From positions 2,795 through 66,794 of the forward strand of contig JBAXHC010000001.1 in the NCBI GenBank assembly GCA_037139075.1: a stretch of DNA of 64,000 bases, in the 5' to 3' direction. The stretch is from Bacteroidota bacterium (lineage in GTDB: Bacteria > Bacteroidota > Bacteroidia > Chitinophagales > Chitinophagaceae). Position numbers and translations under genes: made by a program. This document shows, one piece after another, positions 8,634-18,389 of the stretch. Position 1 is the first letter of the stretch, and each line of letters starts with the position of its first letter. The notes below the pieces were generated by a model that searched no databases, was not told the origin of the DNA, and saw only the letters and a list, made by a program, of their open reading frames with translations.

Positions 8634-10682
8634 ATGCAGTCAAAACATACGAATCGATTGGTTCATGAAACCAGCCCTTACTTATTACAACATGCTCATA
8701 ATCCGGTAGACTGGTTTCCATGGGGCGAAGAAGCATTGCTAAAGGCAAAGCTTGAAGACAAGCCGATTTTGGTAAGTATTGGTTATGCTGCTTGTCATTG
8801 GTGTCATGTGATGGAAAGAGAAAGTTTTGAAGACGAAACCACGGCTTCCATGATGAACCAATATTTTATCAATATCAAAATTGATAGAGAGGAGCGGCCC
8901 GATTTAGATCATATTTATATGGATGCTGTTCAATCCATCACTGGCGCTGGTGGCTGGCCCTTGAATGTATTTTTAACTCCAGAAGCGAAACCTTTTTATG
9001 GGGGCACTTATTTCCCTCCAGAAAGAGCGTATAACCGGGCTAGTTGGAAAGAAACTTTAGAGGGAATTCATAAAGCGTATCAGGAGAAAAAGCACGAGAT
9101 CTTATCACAGGCGGAGAACCTAACAGAACATTTACAATCTGCCAACTCATTTGGAATTCAAATAAAATCCAGCGACCATCAAAACAGTTCTGTTACTGTG
9201 GAACAGCTTGATGTAATTACAAAAAACCTACTGCAATCTGGAGACAAAGTCTGGGGTGGTTTTGGGAAAGCTCCAAAATTTCCTCAAACATTTTCGATTC
9301 AATTTTTATTAAGGCAATATCATTTTACAAAAAACGAAGATGCTTTAAATCAGGCTTTGTTAAGCATTGATAAAATGATCGATGGTGGAATTCATGATCA
9401 ATTGGGTGGAGGATTCTCGAGGTATAGTACTGATAATGAATGGTTGGCACCTCATTTTGAGAAGATGTTATATGATAATGCCTTGTTGATTTCTGTAATA
9501 GCGGAAGCTTATCAAATTACTGGTAATCCTGTTTATGCTTCAACAATTCAAAATTGCATTGTATTTATAGAAAGAGAACTAAGAAGTGAAGAGGGTGGAT
9601 GCTTTAGTGCATTGGATGCAGATAGTGAGGGGGTGGAAGGCAAATTCTATACATGGTCATTCGAAGAAATCAGAGAACTTCTTAAAGAAGATGCAATCAT
9701 TTTTTGTAAGTATTATCAGGTACAAGAAGGAGGAAATTGGGAACACACAAATATTTTATGGGTTAAAGAAAGTCCGGAAAAATTTGCACAGCTAAATGAA
9801 CTTATTCCTGCTGACTTTATAAAATTATTGGACCACTCAAAAAAGATCTTATTTGATGCAAGGGCTAAAAGAATAAGGCCTGCTTTAGATGATAAAATAT
9901 TACTGGGGTGGAATGCTCTGATGAGCACTGCATATTCAAAAGCCTATGCGGCGTTAGGGGTAAATGCTTATAAAGAAACTGCGAAAAAGCATATGACTTT
10001 TTTGGAGCAAAGTTTCCGACAGCCTGATGGCAATTGGTATCATACATATAAAAATGGGGTAGCAAAGCAACCAGCGTTTCTGGACGATTACGCATATCTC
10101 ATACAAGCACTTATTCATTTACAAGAAATAACTGGTGACGCATCTTATTTAATAAAATCTAGAGAGTTAACTGAGATGTTAATTGCACATTTTACAGAGG
10201 CAGAAACTGGCTTTTTTTACTTTACCCACGACCAGCAAAATGACGTGATTTTAAGAAAAAAAGAAGTCTATGATGGTGCTACTCCAAGTGGAAATGGTAT
10301 TATGGCATCAAATTTGCTTTACTTGTCAAAGGTTTTTGATAGGAAAGATTGGGCAGATCTGGCTAAAAAGCTGAGTTATACCTTGCAAGAGAGCACCCTT
10401 AAATACCCGGGTTCATTTGGAATATGGGCTTCTCTATTGCAATTATATTGTTTTGAGGTATTGGAAATTGCCATAACTGGAAGGGAATTCGAACAAAATC
10501 TCCCCTCAGTCATGAAAAAATACATACCCAATAAAATAATTCAGTCCGGAGAAACTAATTTGAGCAATTTCTCGTTATTAGCAAACAGAGAAACAGCTAT
10601 TCCGGTAGCTTTTTATATCTGTAAGAATTTTACCTGTTTGAGACCTTTTTATAATATTGTTGACTTTTTAGCAAATGTGTAA
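8634..10682 (+). CDS. YyaL/SSP411-family thioredoxin-domain protein with C-terminal alpha/alpha-barrel
   Basis: [65 protein letters not shown]. Confidence 0.9.
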   Translation: MQSKHTNRLVHETSPYLLQHAHNPVDWFPWGEEALLKAKLEDKPILVSIGYAACHWCHVMERESFEDETTASMMNQYFINIKIDREERPDLDHIYMDAVQSITGAGGWPLNVFLTPEAKPFYGGTYFPPERAYNRASWKETLEGIHKAYQEKKHEILSQAENLTEHLQSANSFGIQIKSSDHQNSSVTVEQLDVITKNLLQSGDKVWGGFGKAPKFPQTFSIQFLLRQYHFTKNEDALNQALLSIDKMIDGGIHDQLGGGFSRYSTDNEWLAPHFEKMLYDNALLISVIAEAYQITGNPVYASTIQNCIVFIERELRSEEGGCFSALDADSEGVEGKFYTWSFEEIRELLKEDAIIFCKYYQVQEGGNWEHTNILWVKESPEKFAQLNELIPADFIKLLDHSKKILFDARAKRIRPALDDKILLGWNALMSTAYSKAYAALGVNAYKETAKKHMTFLEQSFRQPDGNWYHTYKNGVAKQPAFLDDYAYLIQALIHLQEITGDASYLIKSRELTEMLIAHFTEAETGFFYFTHDQQNDVILRKKEVYDGATPSGNGIMASNLLYLSKVFDRKDWADLAKKLSYTLQESTLKYPGSFGIWASLLQLYCFEVLEIAITGREFEQNLPSVMKKYIPNKIIQSGETNLSNFSLLANRETAIPVAFYICKNFTCLRPFYNIVDFLANV

Positions 10683-10835
10683 CAGATTTTGTTCTAATTT
10701 GCTGCAAATGACAACGGTATCTGATGCCGAAAATGTTTTTTTTCGCACAAAAAAGTAACCCCATAGGTAGATTTCTACACGATTAAATTTATTGGTAACA
10801 AAATCTCAAATAAGGTTTAGAGCCAATGAAAAACT

Positions 10836-10843
10836 TATATTTG
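10836..10843 (+). promoter_or_regulatory. -7 promoter element (TATATTTG) for gldKLMN
   Basis: Exact TAnnTTTG match, 29 nt before ATG 10873. Confidence 0.6.
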
Positions 10844-10872
10844 TCACTGTCATAAAAAATCATTCTGATCAA

Positions 10873-12159
10873 ATGAAAGGGTACTTAACTATAATACTAT
10901 TAGCGGCATTTTCACTAAGCATGAGTTCCTGCTTTTTCAAAAAAGGAGGCAACACAAAATCATCTATGCCCGATGATGGACAGTTACATGGTTTAGCGCC
11001 AGCTGCTAAACAGAGCATGAATCGTCCGCTGCACATGGTGTACATTCCACCGGGAACATTTCATATGGGACCTAGTGATGAGGATATCAGTTATAACATG
11101 ACTACTCGTAACAGACAAGTTTCTATTCCTGGTTTCTGGATGGATGCAACTGAGATTACTAATAATGAGTATCGTCAGTTTGTTAGCTGGACAAGAGATT
11201 CTCTAGCTTTTAAAATCCTCTTCGGACAGGGGATTAATAAAGATGATGATACCATGGCTGTTGATCCTAAAAAAGTGGCTACCATCAAATACGATAGAAA
11301 TACCATCGAAAAATTAAACGAATTGAATCTTGCGCCAGATAATAGATTATATGGTAAAGCTGAGATCGATCCTGAAAAATTGGTATATAGAATCGAGTAT
11401 TTCGATTTACAAGCTGCTGCAAAAAGAGAAAATACAGGGCATCCTCGCAAAGAATTCATAGTAAAAAGAGATCAACAAGTGTATCCAGATACATTGGTTT
11501 GGATGAGAGACTTCTCTTATTCTTATAATGAACCAATGACAAAAAGATATTTTTCTCACCCTTCATTTGGAAATTATCCAGTAGTTGGGGTAACCTGGAA
11601 GCAGGCTGTTGCCTTCTGTCATTGGCGCTCTCATTATTTGAATAGCTTTTTAGAAAGAAAAAAATTAGCTGTTGAAAGTGATTTCAGATTGCCAAGTGAA
11701 GCAGAATGGGAATACGCCGCAAGAGGTGCTCGTACAAATTCCATGTATCCTTGGGGTAACTACTATTTAAGAAACAAAAAAGGTTGTTTATTAGCCAACT
11801 TTAAGCCAGGTCGTGGTAATTACGCAGAAGATGGCGGATTCTATACCGTACGTGCAGATGCTTATTGGCCTAACGATTATGGTTTATACAATATGGCTGG
11901 AAACGTGGCTGAGTGGACCAATTCTTATTTCTATGAAGGAGCTTACAACTTTGTTAGCGACATGAGTCCTGATGTTCGTATAGATGCGAAAGACTCTGAT
12001 CCCCCAAGAATGAAACGTAAAGTAATTCGTGGAGGCAGCTGGAAAGATGTAGGATATTTCTTGCAAGTAAGTACCAGAAACTTTGAGTATCAGGATACTG
12101 CAAAATCTTATATAGGATTCCGTTGTGTAATCGACTTAGCTCCTAAGACTAAAAAATAA
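10873..12159 (+). CDS. gldK: T9SS/gliding ring lipoprotein GldK/PorK (FGE-sulfatase fold)
   Basis: Lipobox LSMSSC after ATG 10873; FWMDATEITNNEYRQFV, YPDTLVW, RLPSEAEWEYAARG, GLYNMAGNVAEW; first gene of a KLMN cluster. Confidence 0.92.
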   Translation: MKGYLTIILLAAFSLSMSSCFFKKGGNTKSSMPDDGQLHGLAPAAKQSMNRPLHMVYIPPGTFHMGPSDEDISYNMTTRNRQVSIPGFWMDATEITNNEYRQFVSWTRDSLAFKILFGQGINKDDDTMAVDPKKVATIKYDRNTIEKLNELNLAPDNRLYGKAEIDPEKLVYRIEYFDLQAAAKRENTGHPRKEFIVKRDQQVYPDTLVWMRDFSYSYNEPMTKRYFSHPSFGNYPVVGVTWKQAVAFCHWRSHYLNSFLERKKLAVESDFRLPSEAEWEYAARGARTNSMYPWGNYYLRNKKGCLLANFKPGRGNYAEDGGFYTVRADAYWPNDYGLYNMAGNVAEWTNSYFYEGAYNFVSDMSPDVRIDAKDSDPPRMKRKVIRGGSWKDVGYFLQVSTRNFEYQDTAKSYIGFRCVIDLAPKTKK

Positions 12160-12254
12160 TTACTCTAATAAATTCGCTGAAAATTGAAAGGTATAATCAT
12201 AAATTATACTGGCTTTAAAAAAAACGTTTTAACTAATATTAAAAAATAACCGTT

Positions 12255-13004
12255 ATGGCCCAAGGTGTTTCTCCAACTGTAAATAGAGCAGTTAACGTAA
12301 TTGTATGTGTTGGTGCTGCTGTTGTAATTTTTGGTGCAATGGGTAAGATTCTGCACTTATCTTGGGCAGATGTTGCATTAAAAGTTGGTTTGAGTACAGA
12401 AGCTCTTATCTTTTTAGTGTATGCTATTTTACCTCCTCCTGATATGGGCCCTTCTTATGCTCCAGCTCCTGTTGATAAAGGAAATCCTGCATTAAAGCAA
12501 TTGGATAAAATGTTACAAGACGCAGAAATTACTCCAGCTAACTTAAGTAAGTTGAGTAGTAGTTTTCAAAAATTAGGAACCACTGTAGAACATATGGGTG
12601 AGATTGGTGATGTGGTTAAATCTACTACTGATTTCTCATCAAAAGCTAAAGAAGCAGCTGTAGCATTTGTAGCATTTAAAGATGCAACTCAACATGCTAG
12701 TCATTCATTAGCTGGCTTTAGTGGTGCTGCGGAATCTGCAAAGAATTTTCATGAACAAATGCAAGGTTTGAATAAGAACCTTACATCTTTAAATACAATT
12801 TACGAATTGGAATTACAGGAGAGTAATAATCACCTGAAAGCACTGAATCAATTCTATGGTAAACTGTCGCAAGCTTCTGCTGCAATGACAGGCACTGCAG
12901 ATGATGCACTCAAAGCAAAAGCAGAGATTGCAGCACTTGCAAATAACCTAGGCAAATTAAATCAGGTTTATGGCAGCATGTTAACTGCTATGCAGGGAAA
13001 ATAA
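12255..13004 (+). CDS. gldL: T9SS/gliding motor stator subunit GldL/PorL
   Basis: Two N-terminal TM helices (GAAVVIFGAMGKILH...GLSTEALIF), cytoplasmic coiled coil, C-terminal VYGSMLTAM. Confidence 0.92.
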   Translation: MAQGVSPTVNRAVNVIVCVGAAVVIFGAMGKILHLSWADVALKVGLSTEALIFLVYAILPPPDMGPSYAPAPVDKGNPALKQLDKMLQDAEITPANLSKLSSSFQKLGTTVEHMGEIGDVVKSTTDFSSKAKEAAVAFVAFKDATQHASHSLAGFSGAAESAKNFHEQMQGLNKNLTSLNTIYELELQESNNHLKALNQFYGKLSQASAAMTGTADDALKAKAEIAALANNLGKLNQVYGSMLTAMQGK

Positions 13005-13056
13005 TAAGCGCAAGCTGAACCAATTCAAAAATTTGTATTTCTAAATTTAAGTTAGC

Positions 13057-14607
13057 ATGTCATTACCTAAGGAGCCGCGGCAGAAGATGATCAACATGAT
13101 GTACCTAGTGCTTACAGCATTACTGGCACTGAATGTTTCTAACGAAATCTTGAACGCATTCAAAACTGTGAATAACAGTTTGAACACCGCTAGTTCAATG
13201 GTGGAGAGAAAGAATGTTGATATCTTCAAGTCATTTCAGAAAAAATTAGAAGACCCTAAGACAAAAGAAAAAGCTGAGATTTGGATGCCAAAAGCACAAA
13301 AAGCTAAGGCAATATCCGATGAGCTCTATGCTTATATTGAGGCATTAAAGCTTGAATTAAAGCAAGAATCAGGGTTGAAATTAGTAGAAGGGGTAGAAGA
13401 TTATAAAGAAGACGATTTGGAAGCAGCTACTCGATTGTTAGTAGAAAATGCACCAACTGGAAAAGGCAAAGGGAAAATTTTATTCGACAAACTGAAAAAG
13501 TATAAAGAAGATCTATTAGCTATTGATCCAGATGTGGCAAAAGAAGTCGGACCTACTTTGCCTTTAGATTTAACGCCTCCTCCTACAAAGAATAAAGCAG
13601 TTAAAGATGATTTGGCTTACCTCTATTTTCATATGACACCTACTGTTGCTGCAATAACTATTTTGAGTAAGTTTCAAAACGATATTAAAAATAGTGAAGC
13701 ACAAGTTGTAGAATATTGTCATAAAGAAATTGGAGAAGTTGAATTGATTTATGATGAGTTTCAGGCATTCGCTGGAACAAACTCTCAGTATTTGATGCCT
13801 GGTGAAGAATTAATTATCACTACAGGTATTGGTGCCTTTAGTAAAGCCGCAAAACCAAATATTACCATTGATGGCGCGCCTGTTAGTGTTAAAGAAGATG
13901 GTTCTGCTGAATATAAAACTACTGTAAGCGGCTCTGGCCCGGCAGTTAAAAGAGTAAGCATTTCATTTGTGAAACCAGATGGCACTATTGCTAAAGTTGA
14001 TAAAGAAGTAAGATATACGGTTGGTGTTCCTTCAGGTTTAGTTGTATCTACCGATAAAACACGCGTTTTCTATCAAGGCCTTGATAATCCATTAAGCGTT
14101 ACAGGTGGTGGTGGTGATGAAAAAGTAAATGTATCTGTTGATGGTAATGGAGTGAGTTCTAGAAAAGACGGACCTGGACAATATATTGTTAGTTGTAATA
14201 ATTTAGGTTCTGCTATCGTTACCGCTTCTGATGGCAAAACCTCTCAAAAAATTACAATACCAATCAAAAGAGTTCCGGATCCATTGGCAACAGTGGGTGG
14301 AAAAGCTGGTGGACCAATTGCAGCCAATGTTTTTCGCGTTCAAAAAGGGGTTGCTGCTGAATTACGTGATTTCGTTTTCGAAGGCGTTAGATATGAGGTT
14401 ACATCTTTTACATTAATCTGCACAGGTAAAGGCTTTGATGATGGATTGGGTGTTGCAGAAGTAACCGGTTATTATTTTAATGCTGAAGCACAAACTTTAC
14501 TTAAAAGATGTCAACCTGGTTCAACTGTTGTAATTGATGAAATTAAAGTGAAAGGACCTGGTGGAAATAGACAATTAGATCAAAATATTTCGTTTACACT
14601 TCAATAA
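13057..14607 (+). CDS. gldM: T9SS/gliding motor rotor subunit GldM/PorM
   Basis: PKEPRQKMINMMYLVLTALLALNVSNEIL signature; KRVPDP. Confidence 0.95.
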   Translation: MSLPKEPRQKMINMMYLVLTALLALNVSNEILNAFKTVNNSLNTASSMVERKNVDIFKSFQKKLEDPKTKEKAEIWMPKAQKAKAISDELYAYIEALKLELKQESGLKLVEGVEDYKEDDLEAATRLLVENAPTGKGKGKILFDKLKKYKEDLLAIDPDVAKEVGPTLPLDLTPPPTKNKAVKDDLAYLYFHMTPTVAAITILSKFQNDIKNSEAQVVEYCHKEIGEVELIYDEFQAFAGTNSQYLMPGEELIITTGIGAFSKAAKPNITIDGAPVSVKEDGSAEYKTTVSGSGPAVKRVSISFVKPDGTIAKVDKEVRYTVGVPSGLVVSTDKTRVFYQGLDNPLSVTGGGGDEKVNVSVDGNGVSSRKDGPGQYIVSCNNLGSAIVTASDGKTSQKITIPIKRVPDPLATVGGKAGGPIAANVFRVQKGVAAELRDFVFEGVRYEVTSFTLICTGKGFDDGLGVAEVTGYYFNAEAQTLLKRCQPGSTVVIDEIKVKGPGGNRQLDQNISFTLQ

Positions 14608-14609
14608 AT

Positions 14610-15716
14610 GTGGGTATGAAAAAATTAATAGTATTTGGTTTGGTGTTTTTTGTTGGGATGAATGCTATTGTGCATGCTCAATCAAAATATAAGACAGGTG
14701 GTGCAAAAACAACCGCAGCACCTACAGCTGCGCCGCCAACCACCGCACCAGCAACAAATACGAATGCTAAGCCTAGAACTAAGTCAGCGTATTTAAATAA
14801 TAATGCAGCTAATACTGTGTCTCCAGATACTACAAGACCTGCAACAGGTGCTGTGACAAGTACGCCTCCTCCAAATTCTACCGTTAATGTTAGATTCGAT
14901 ACCACTATCGTTGGCGGATTTGATACGAAACAGGAAGTTTCTTTGAGAAGCAACTATGCAGTAGAGCGTCAATTGACAAAAGACAGAAAACCCCTGGATT
15001 ATGATTATATCCGTGAGGATGATCAGGTTTGGAGTCAGTTTGTTTGGGAAGAAATTGATGGACATGAAAAAATGAACCAAGGGTTTATGTATCCGGGTAA
15101 AGACGATAATGGAGATCAACGCTTTTTTTCTATATTATTGAATGCAATTAAGTATGATAGTGTTGTAGCATTCTCTCCTGATAACGATTTGTTTAAAACA
15201 CCTCTAACTGCTGATCAGGTTGCTAATCTTACTGCCGGTGCTTTAGATACGGTTGAAGTAGCAGATCCAGTGAGTGGTGTTATAGAAAGAGTAATTACCA
15301 GAAAACCAAGATTCGCTCCTGATTCTGTTTATACTTTCCGCGTTAAAGAACAATGGATTTTTGATAAAGAATCAAGTAAAATGACTTGTAGAATAATTGG
15401 AATTGCTCCAATTGCAAAACAAGTTGTGGCAGGTAAATCTCAACCAAGAACTTTGTTTTGGATTTATTATCCAGACTTAAGAAAATCATTGGTGAAATAC
15501 GAGGTATACAATCCCAAAAACTTTGCAGGACGTATGTCTTGGGAGGAACTTTTTGAAAGCCGCTATTTTTCGGGATATGTTATTAAATCAACCATTAATA
15601 ATCCTGGAGATAAATACTTAAATGGTTTAATAAAAGATCCTTTGATGCGTTTGTTAGAAGGACAAAATATCAAAGAGAAGATATTCAATTACGAGCAGGA
15701 TCTTTGGGCATACTAG
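14610..15716 (+). CDS. gldN: T9SS/gliding ring protein GldN/PorN
   Basis: Signal peptide; YIREDD..WS..VWEEID, FRVKEQWIFDKESS, RIIGIAP, FWIYYP, LFESRYF, FNYEQDLW. Start is GTG 14610 or ATG 14616. Confidence 0.92.
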   Translation: MGMKKLIVFGLVFFVGMNAIVHAQSKYKTGGAKTTAAPTAAPPTTAPATNTNAKPRTKSAYLNNNAANTVSPDTTRPATGAVTSTPPPNSTVNVRFDTTIVGGFDTKQEVSLRSNYAVERQLTKDRKPLDYDYIREDDQVWSQFVWEEIDGHEKMNQGFMYPGKDDNGDQRFFSILLNAIKYDSVVAFSPDNDLFKTPLTADQVANLTAGALDTVEVADPVSGVIERVITRKPRFAPDSVYTFRVKEQWIFDKESSKMTCRIIGIAPIAKQVVAGKSQPRTLFWIYYPDLRKSLVKYEVYNPKNFAGRMSWEELFESRYFSGYVIKSTINNPGDKYLNGLIKDPLMRLLEGQNIKEKIFNYEQDLWAY

Positions 15717-15738
15717 TTTAAAGAGAAAATAATTTTTA

Positions 15739-15768
15739 AAAAAGAGGCATTTTTGCCTCTTTTTTTTT
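15739..15768 (+). terminator. Intrinsic terminator of gldKLMN
   Basis: AAAGAGGCA-tttt-TGCCTCTTT followed by a long T run. Confidence 0.8.
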
Positions 15769-15842
15769 GAAAATCGTCAAAAAAATGCTGTTTTTAGAGT
15801 AAGTTCTCTTTTTTTAATGCAATAGATTACTTAACTTAGTTA

Positions 15843-15904
15843 TGGTTTTTCATAGGATATTGGATTTTAAAACGGGGCTGGATGTTCATCCTGGCCCCTT
15901 TTTT
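15843..15904 (+). ncRNA. Candidate small RNA (~60 nt) between gldN and uvrC
   Basis: TAACTTAG -7-like element (15832-15839) downstream of the gldN terminator, then a second GC-rich hairpin with a plus-strand T6 tract. Confidence 0.3.
15874..15904. terminator. GC-rich hairpin, likely bidirectional terminator at the uvrC 3' end
   Basis: GGGGCTGGATG-tt-CATCCTGGCCCC flanked by ttttaaaa and tttttt. Confidence 0.7.
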
Positions 15905-17723
15905 ATGTTTTCTCCTCTTCAGATTGGTTGAAATGATTAAAAATCAATCCCGCTTTCTGAGGTCCAATTATGCTACTTAAATTATCTAAGGATTGCTCTC
16001 TAACATTTTTTACAGACTTAAACTGTTTCAATAATTGTTCTGCTGTTTGCTTACCAATTCCAGTAATCGTTTCTAATTCATTCTTAAAACTTCCTTTCGA
16101 GCGTTGATTTCTATGAAATGTTATTCCAAAGCGATGCACTTCATCTCTAATCCTTCTTACAAGTTTTAAACTATCGCTATCCCATGGCATTTTGATAGAG
16201 CTACTATCACCAGGAAAAAATAATTCTTCTTCGTTTTTTGCTAAACCCACTACGGTTGTTCTACCATGCAAGCCCAACTTATGAATGCTCTCCATAGCAG
16301 CGCTTAATTGCCCCTTGCCTCCATCAATGATTATCAATTGAGGAATTGGGAGAGATTCGTCCAGTACCCGCTTATATCGCCTGTAAACGACTTCTGTCAT
16401 GGTTGCGAAATCATTAATGCCTACAACCGTTTTTACATTATAGTGTCGGTAGTCGTTCTTACTTGGCATACCATCTTTGAAGCATACCATTGCTGAAACC
16501 GGAAAGCTTCCCTGAAAATTACTATTATCAAAACACTCGATATGTGTAGGTACTTCTGAAAGCTGTAAATAATCCTGTAACTCGTACAAAACTTTTTTCT
16601 TTTCCTGATCTGTTTTTCCTTCTAAATGCAATAATTGTTTTCTGTGTAATGCCTCTTTAAAATAATAAACGTTTTTTTCTGAGAGTTCCAGTAGCTTCTT
16701 TTTATCCCCCGCTTTTGGAATAGTGATCGTTATTGATGGGTCTGGATAGTCAATTGCAATAGGAACAATAATCTCGTTTGATAAGCTATTAAATGTGCTA
16801 CGCAAATTAGCTACTGCAAAACTCAGAACCTCTTCATCTGTTTCCTCGAGTTTTGTTTCTAAAGGAACCGTATGTGTTTGAACGATTGTACCATTCTGAA
16901 CCATCAGATAGTTTACGTATCCCCATTGTGCTTCTCTTACAATCGAGAAGACATCCAGATTGGAAAGATGCTTACTAACTATTATTGATTTTGCCTCATA
17001 GTTTTCTAAATGCTCAATTTTTTTACGCATCAGCTCTGCTTTTTCAAATGCCATATCTGAAGCCGATTGTTGCATTTCTCTTTTGAAATGAGCAATTACA
17101 GGATTTAGATTTCCTTTTAGCATGTTGCGCATTTGTTGTAACCCATCATCATAATCAGATGCATTCTGTAAAGCAACACAAGGTGCTTTGCAGTTGCCTA
17201 AATGATATTCAAGACAAACCTTGAATTTTCCTTTTTGAATATTTGATTCTGTTAAAGGAAGTTTACAGGTTCTAAGGGGTATAAATTGTTTTATAAAAGA
17301 AATAAGTTCACGCACATTACCAGCAGAAGTAAATGGTCCGAGATATTCTGAACCATCGTTTATTTTATTACGGGTCAGAAATACCCTTGGATAAGGTTCT
17401 TTCTTAATTACAATAAAAGGATAAGTTTTGTCATCCTTTAAATTAATATTGTACTTAGGCTGATATTCTTTGATCAAAGAATTTTCTAATAAAAATGCAT
17501 CCTGCTCTGAATCAACGATGGTGAATTGAATTTTTTTGATTCGTATTACAAGTTCGTGTGTTTTATAAGTGGTGAATGTCTTTGAAAAATAAGAGCTAAC
17601 GCGCTTGCGAAGATCTTTCGCTTTTCCTACATATAACAACACGTCATTATTGTCATAGTATTTATAAATACCAGGATTTGTGGGAATAGTGTGTGCTATT
17701 TTTTGAAACTCAATTGCGGTCAT
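15903..17723 (-). CDS. uvrC: Excinuclease ABC subunit C
   Basis: GIY-YIG (PGIYKY...YVGKAKDLRKRVSSYF), HIECFDNS, IIIDGGKGQL, IRDEVHRFGITFHR, C-terminal HhH. Confidence 0.97.
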   Translation of the reverse strand: MTAIEFQKIAHTIPTNPGIYKYYDNNDVLLYVGKAKDLRKRVSSYFSKTFTTYKTHELVIRIKKIQFTIVDSEQDAFLLENSLIKEYQPKYNINLKDDKTYPFIVIKKEPYPRVFLTRNKINDGSEYLGPFTSAGNVRELISFIKQFIPLRTCKLPLTESNIQKGKFKVCLEYHLGNCKAPCVALQNASDYDDGLQQMRNMLKGNLNPVIAHFKREMQQSASDMAFEKAELMRKKIEHLENYEAKSIIVSKHLSNLDVFSIVREAQWGYVNYLMVQNGTIVQTHTVPLETKLEETDEEVLSFAVANLRSTFNSLSNEIIVPIAIDYPDPSITITIPKAGDKKKLLELSEKNVYYFKEALHRKQLLHLEGKTDQEKKKVLYELQDYLQLSEVPTHIECFDNSNFQGSFPVSAMVCFKDGMPSKNDYRHYNVKTVVGINDFATMTEVVYRRYKRVLDESLPIPQLIIIDGGKGQLSAAMESIHKLGLHGRTTVVGLAKNEEELFFPGDSSSIKMPWDSDSLKLVRRIRDEVHRFGITFHRNQRSKGSFKNELETITGIGKQTAEQLLKQFKSVKNVREQSLDNLSSIIGPQKAGLIFNHFNQSEEEKT

Positions 17724-17732
17724 CCTGCGCTA

Positions 17733-18317
17733 TCATTTTTTTCGATCATTCCAATTGACATAATTAAATTCATTGGACACATAACCAGAAGGGGTCTTGG
17801 AAAATCGATTTATCTGAAAACTTTTACCAGCTTTCCAATTCCATTGTTCCACAATACTAGTGTCTTTATTCATTGTTTCAATTCTGATAAAAACACGTTT
17901 TACAATATTGGTATTTTCATCCAATAAAATATCAATGTTTTGAATGGGTTCATCTACCGACTTTGGTCGATAATTTAAAGTGTAACTATTAGTACTTAAA
18001 TCATGAAAAACAGATTCTGTGAATTTATCATGCATTTCTGGAGTACTAATATCTTTATTTAAAAAAGCAGAAGCCATGGATTTAAATAATTCTTTATCAA
18101 TTCCAATAGAATCTCTTTTCCCGTTCCGTTCTTTGATTAGGTAAATAGGATATGCCCTTAAATCAACATCTACAATTTGTTCATTAAAGAAACTATGAAG
18201 GGCGTAAAATTTTGTAGTATCTGAATTCGGCTTTTCGTTTTTAATGGCTTTTTTATTCTTGCAACCAGCCATTATAAACAGAATCACAATTAAGTAGAAG
18301 CAATTTTTCATAACCAA
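17733..18317 (-). CDS. Uncharacterised lipoprotein
   Basis: Lipoprotein signal (LIVILFIMAGC) followed by KNKK; no recognised domain. Confidence 0.65.
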   Translation of the reverse strand: MVMKNCFYLIVILFIMAGCKNKKAIKNEKPNSDTTKFYALHSFFNEQIVDVDLRAYPIYLIKERNGKRDSIGIDKELFKSMASAFLNKDISTPEMHDKFTESVFHDLSTNSYTLNYRPKSVDEPIQNIDILLDENTNIVKRVFIRIETMNKDTSIVEQWNWKAGKSFQINRFSKTPSGYVSNEFNYVNWNDRKK

Positions 18318-18389
18318 AAATATTCAAAAGCAGGTAAGTGCCATCAAATTTTTCAATTGATGGTACTGCTTTAACAAAGTGATGATAAA

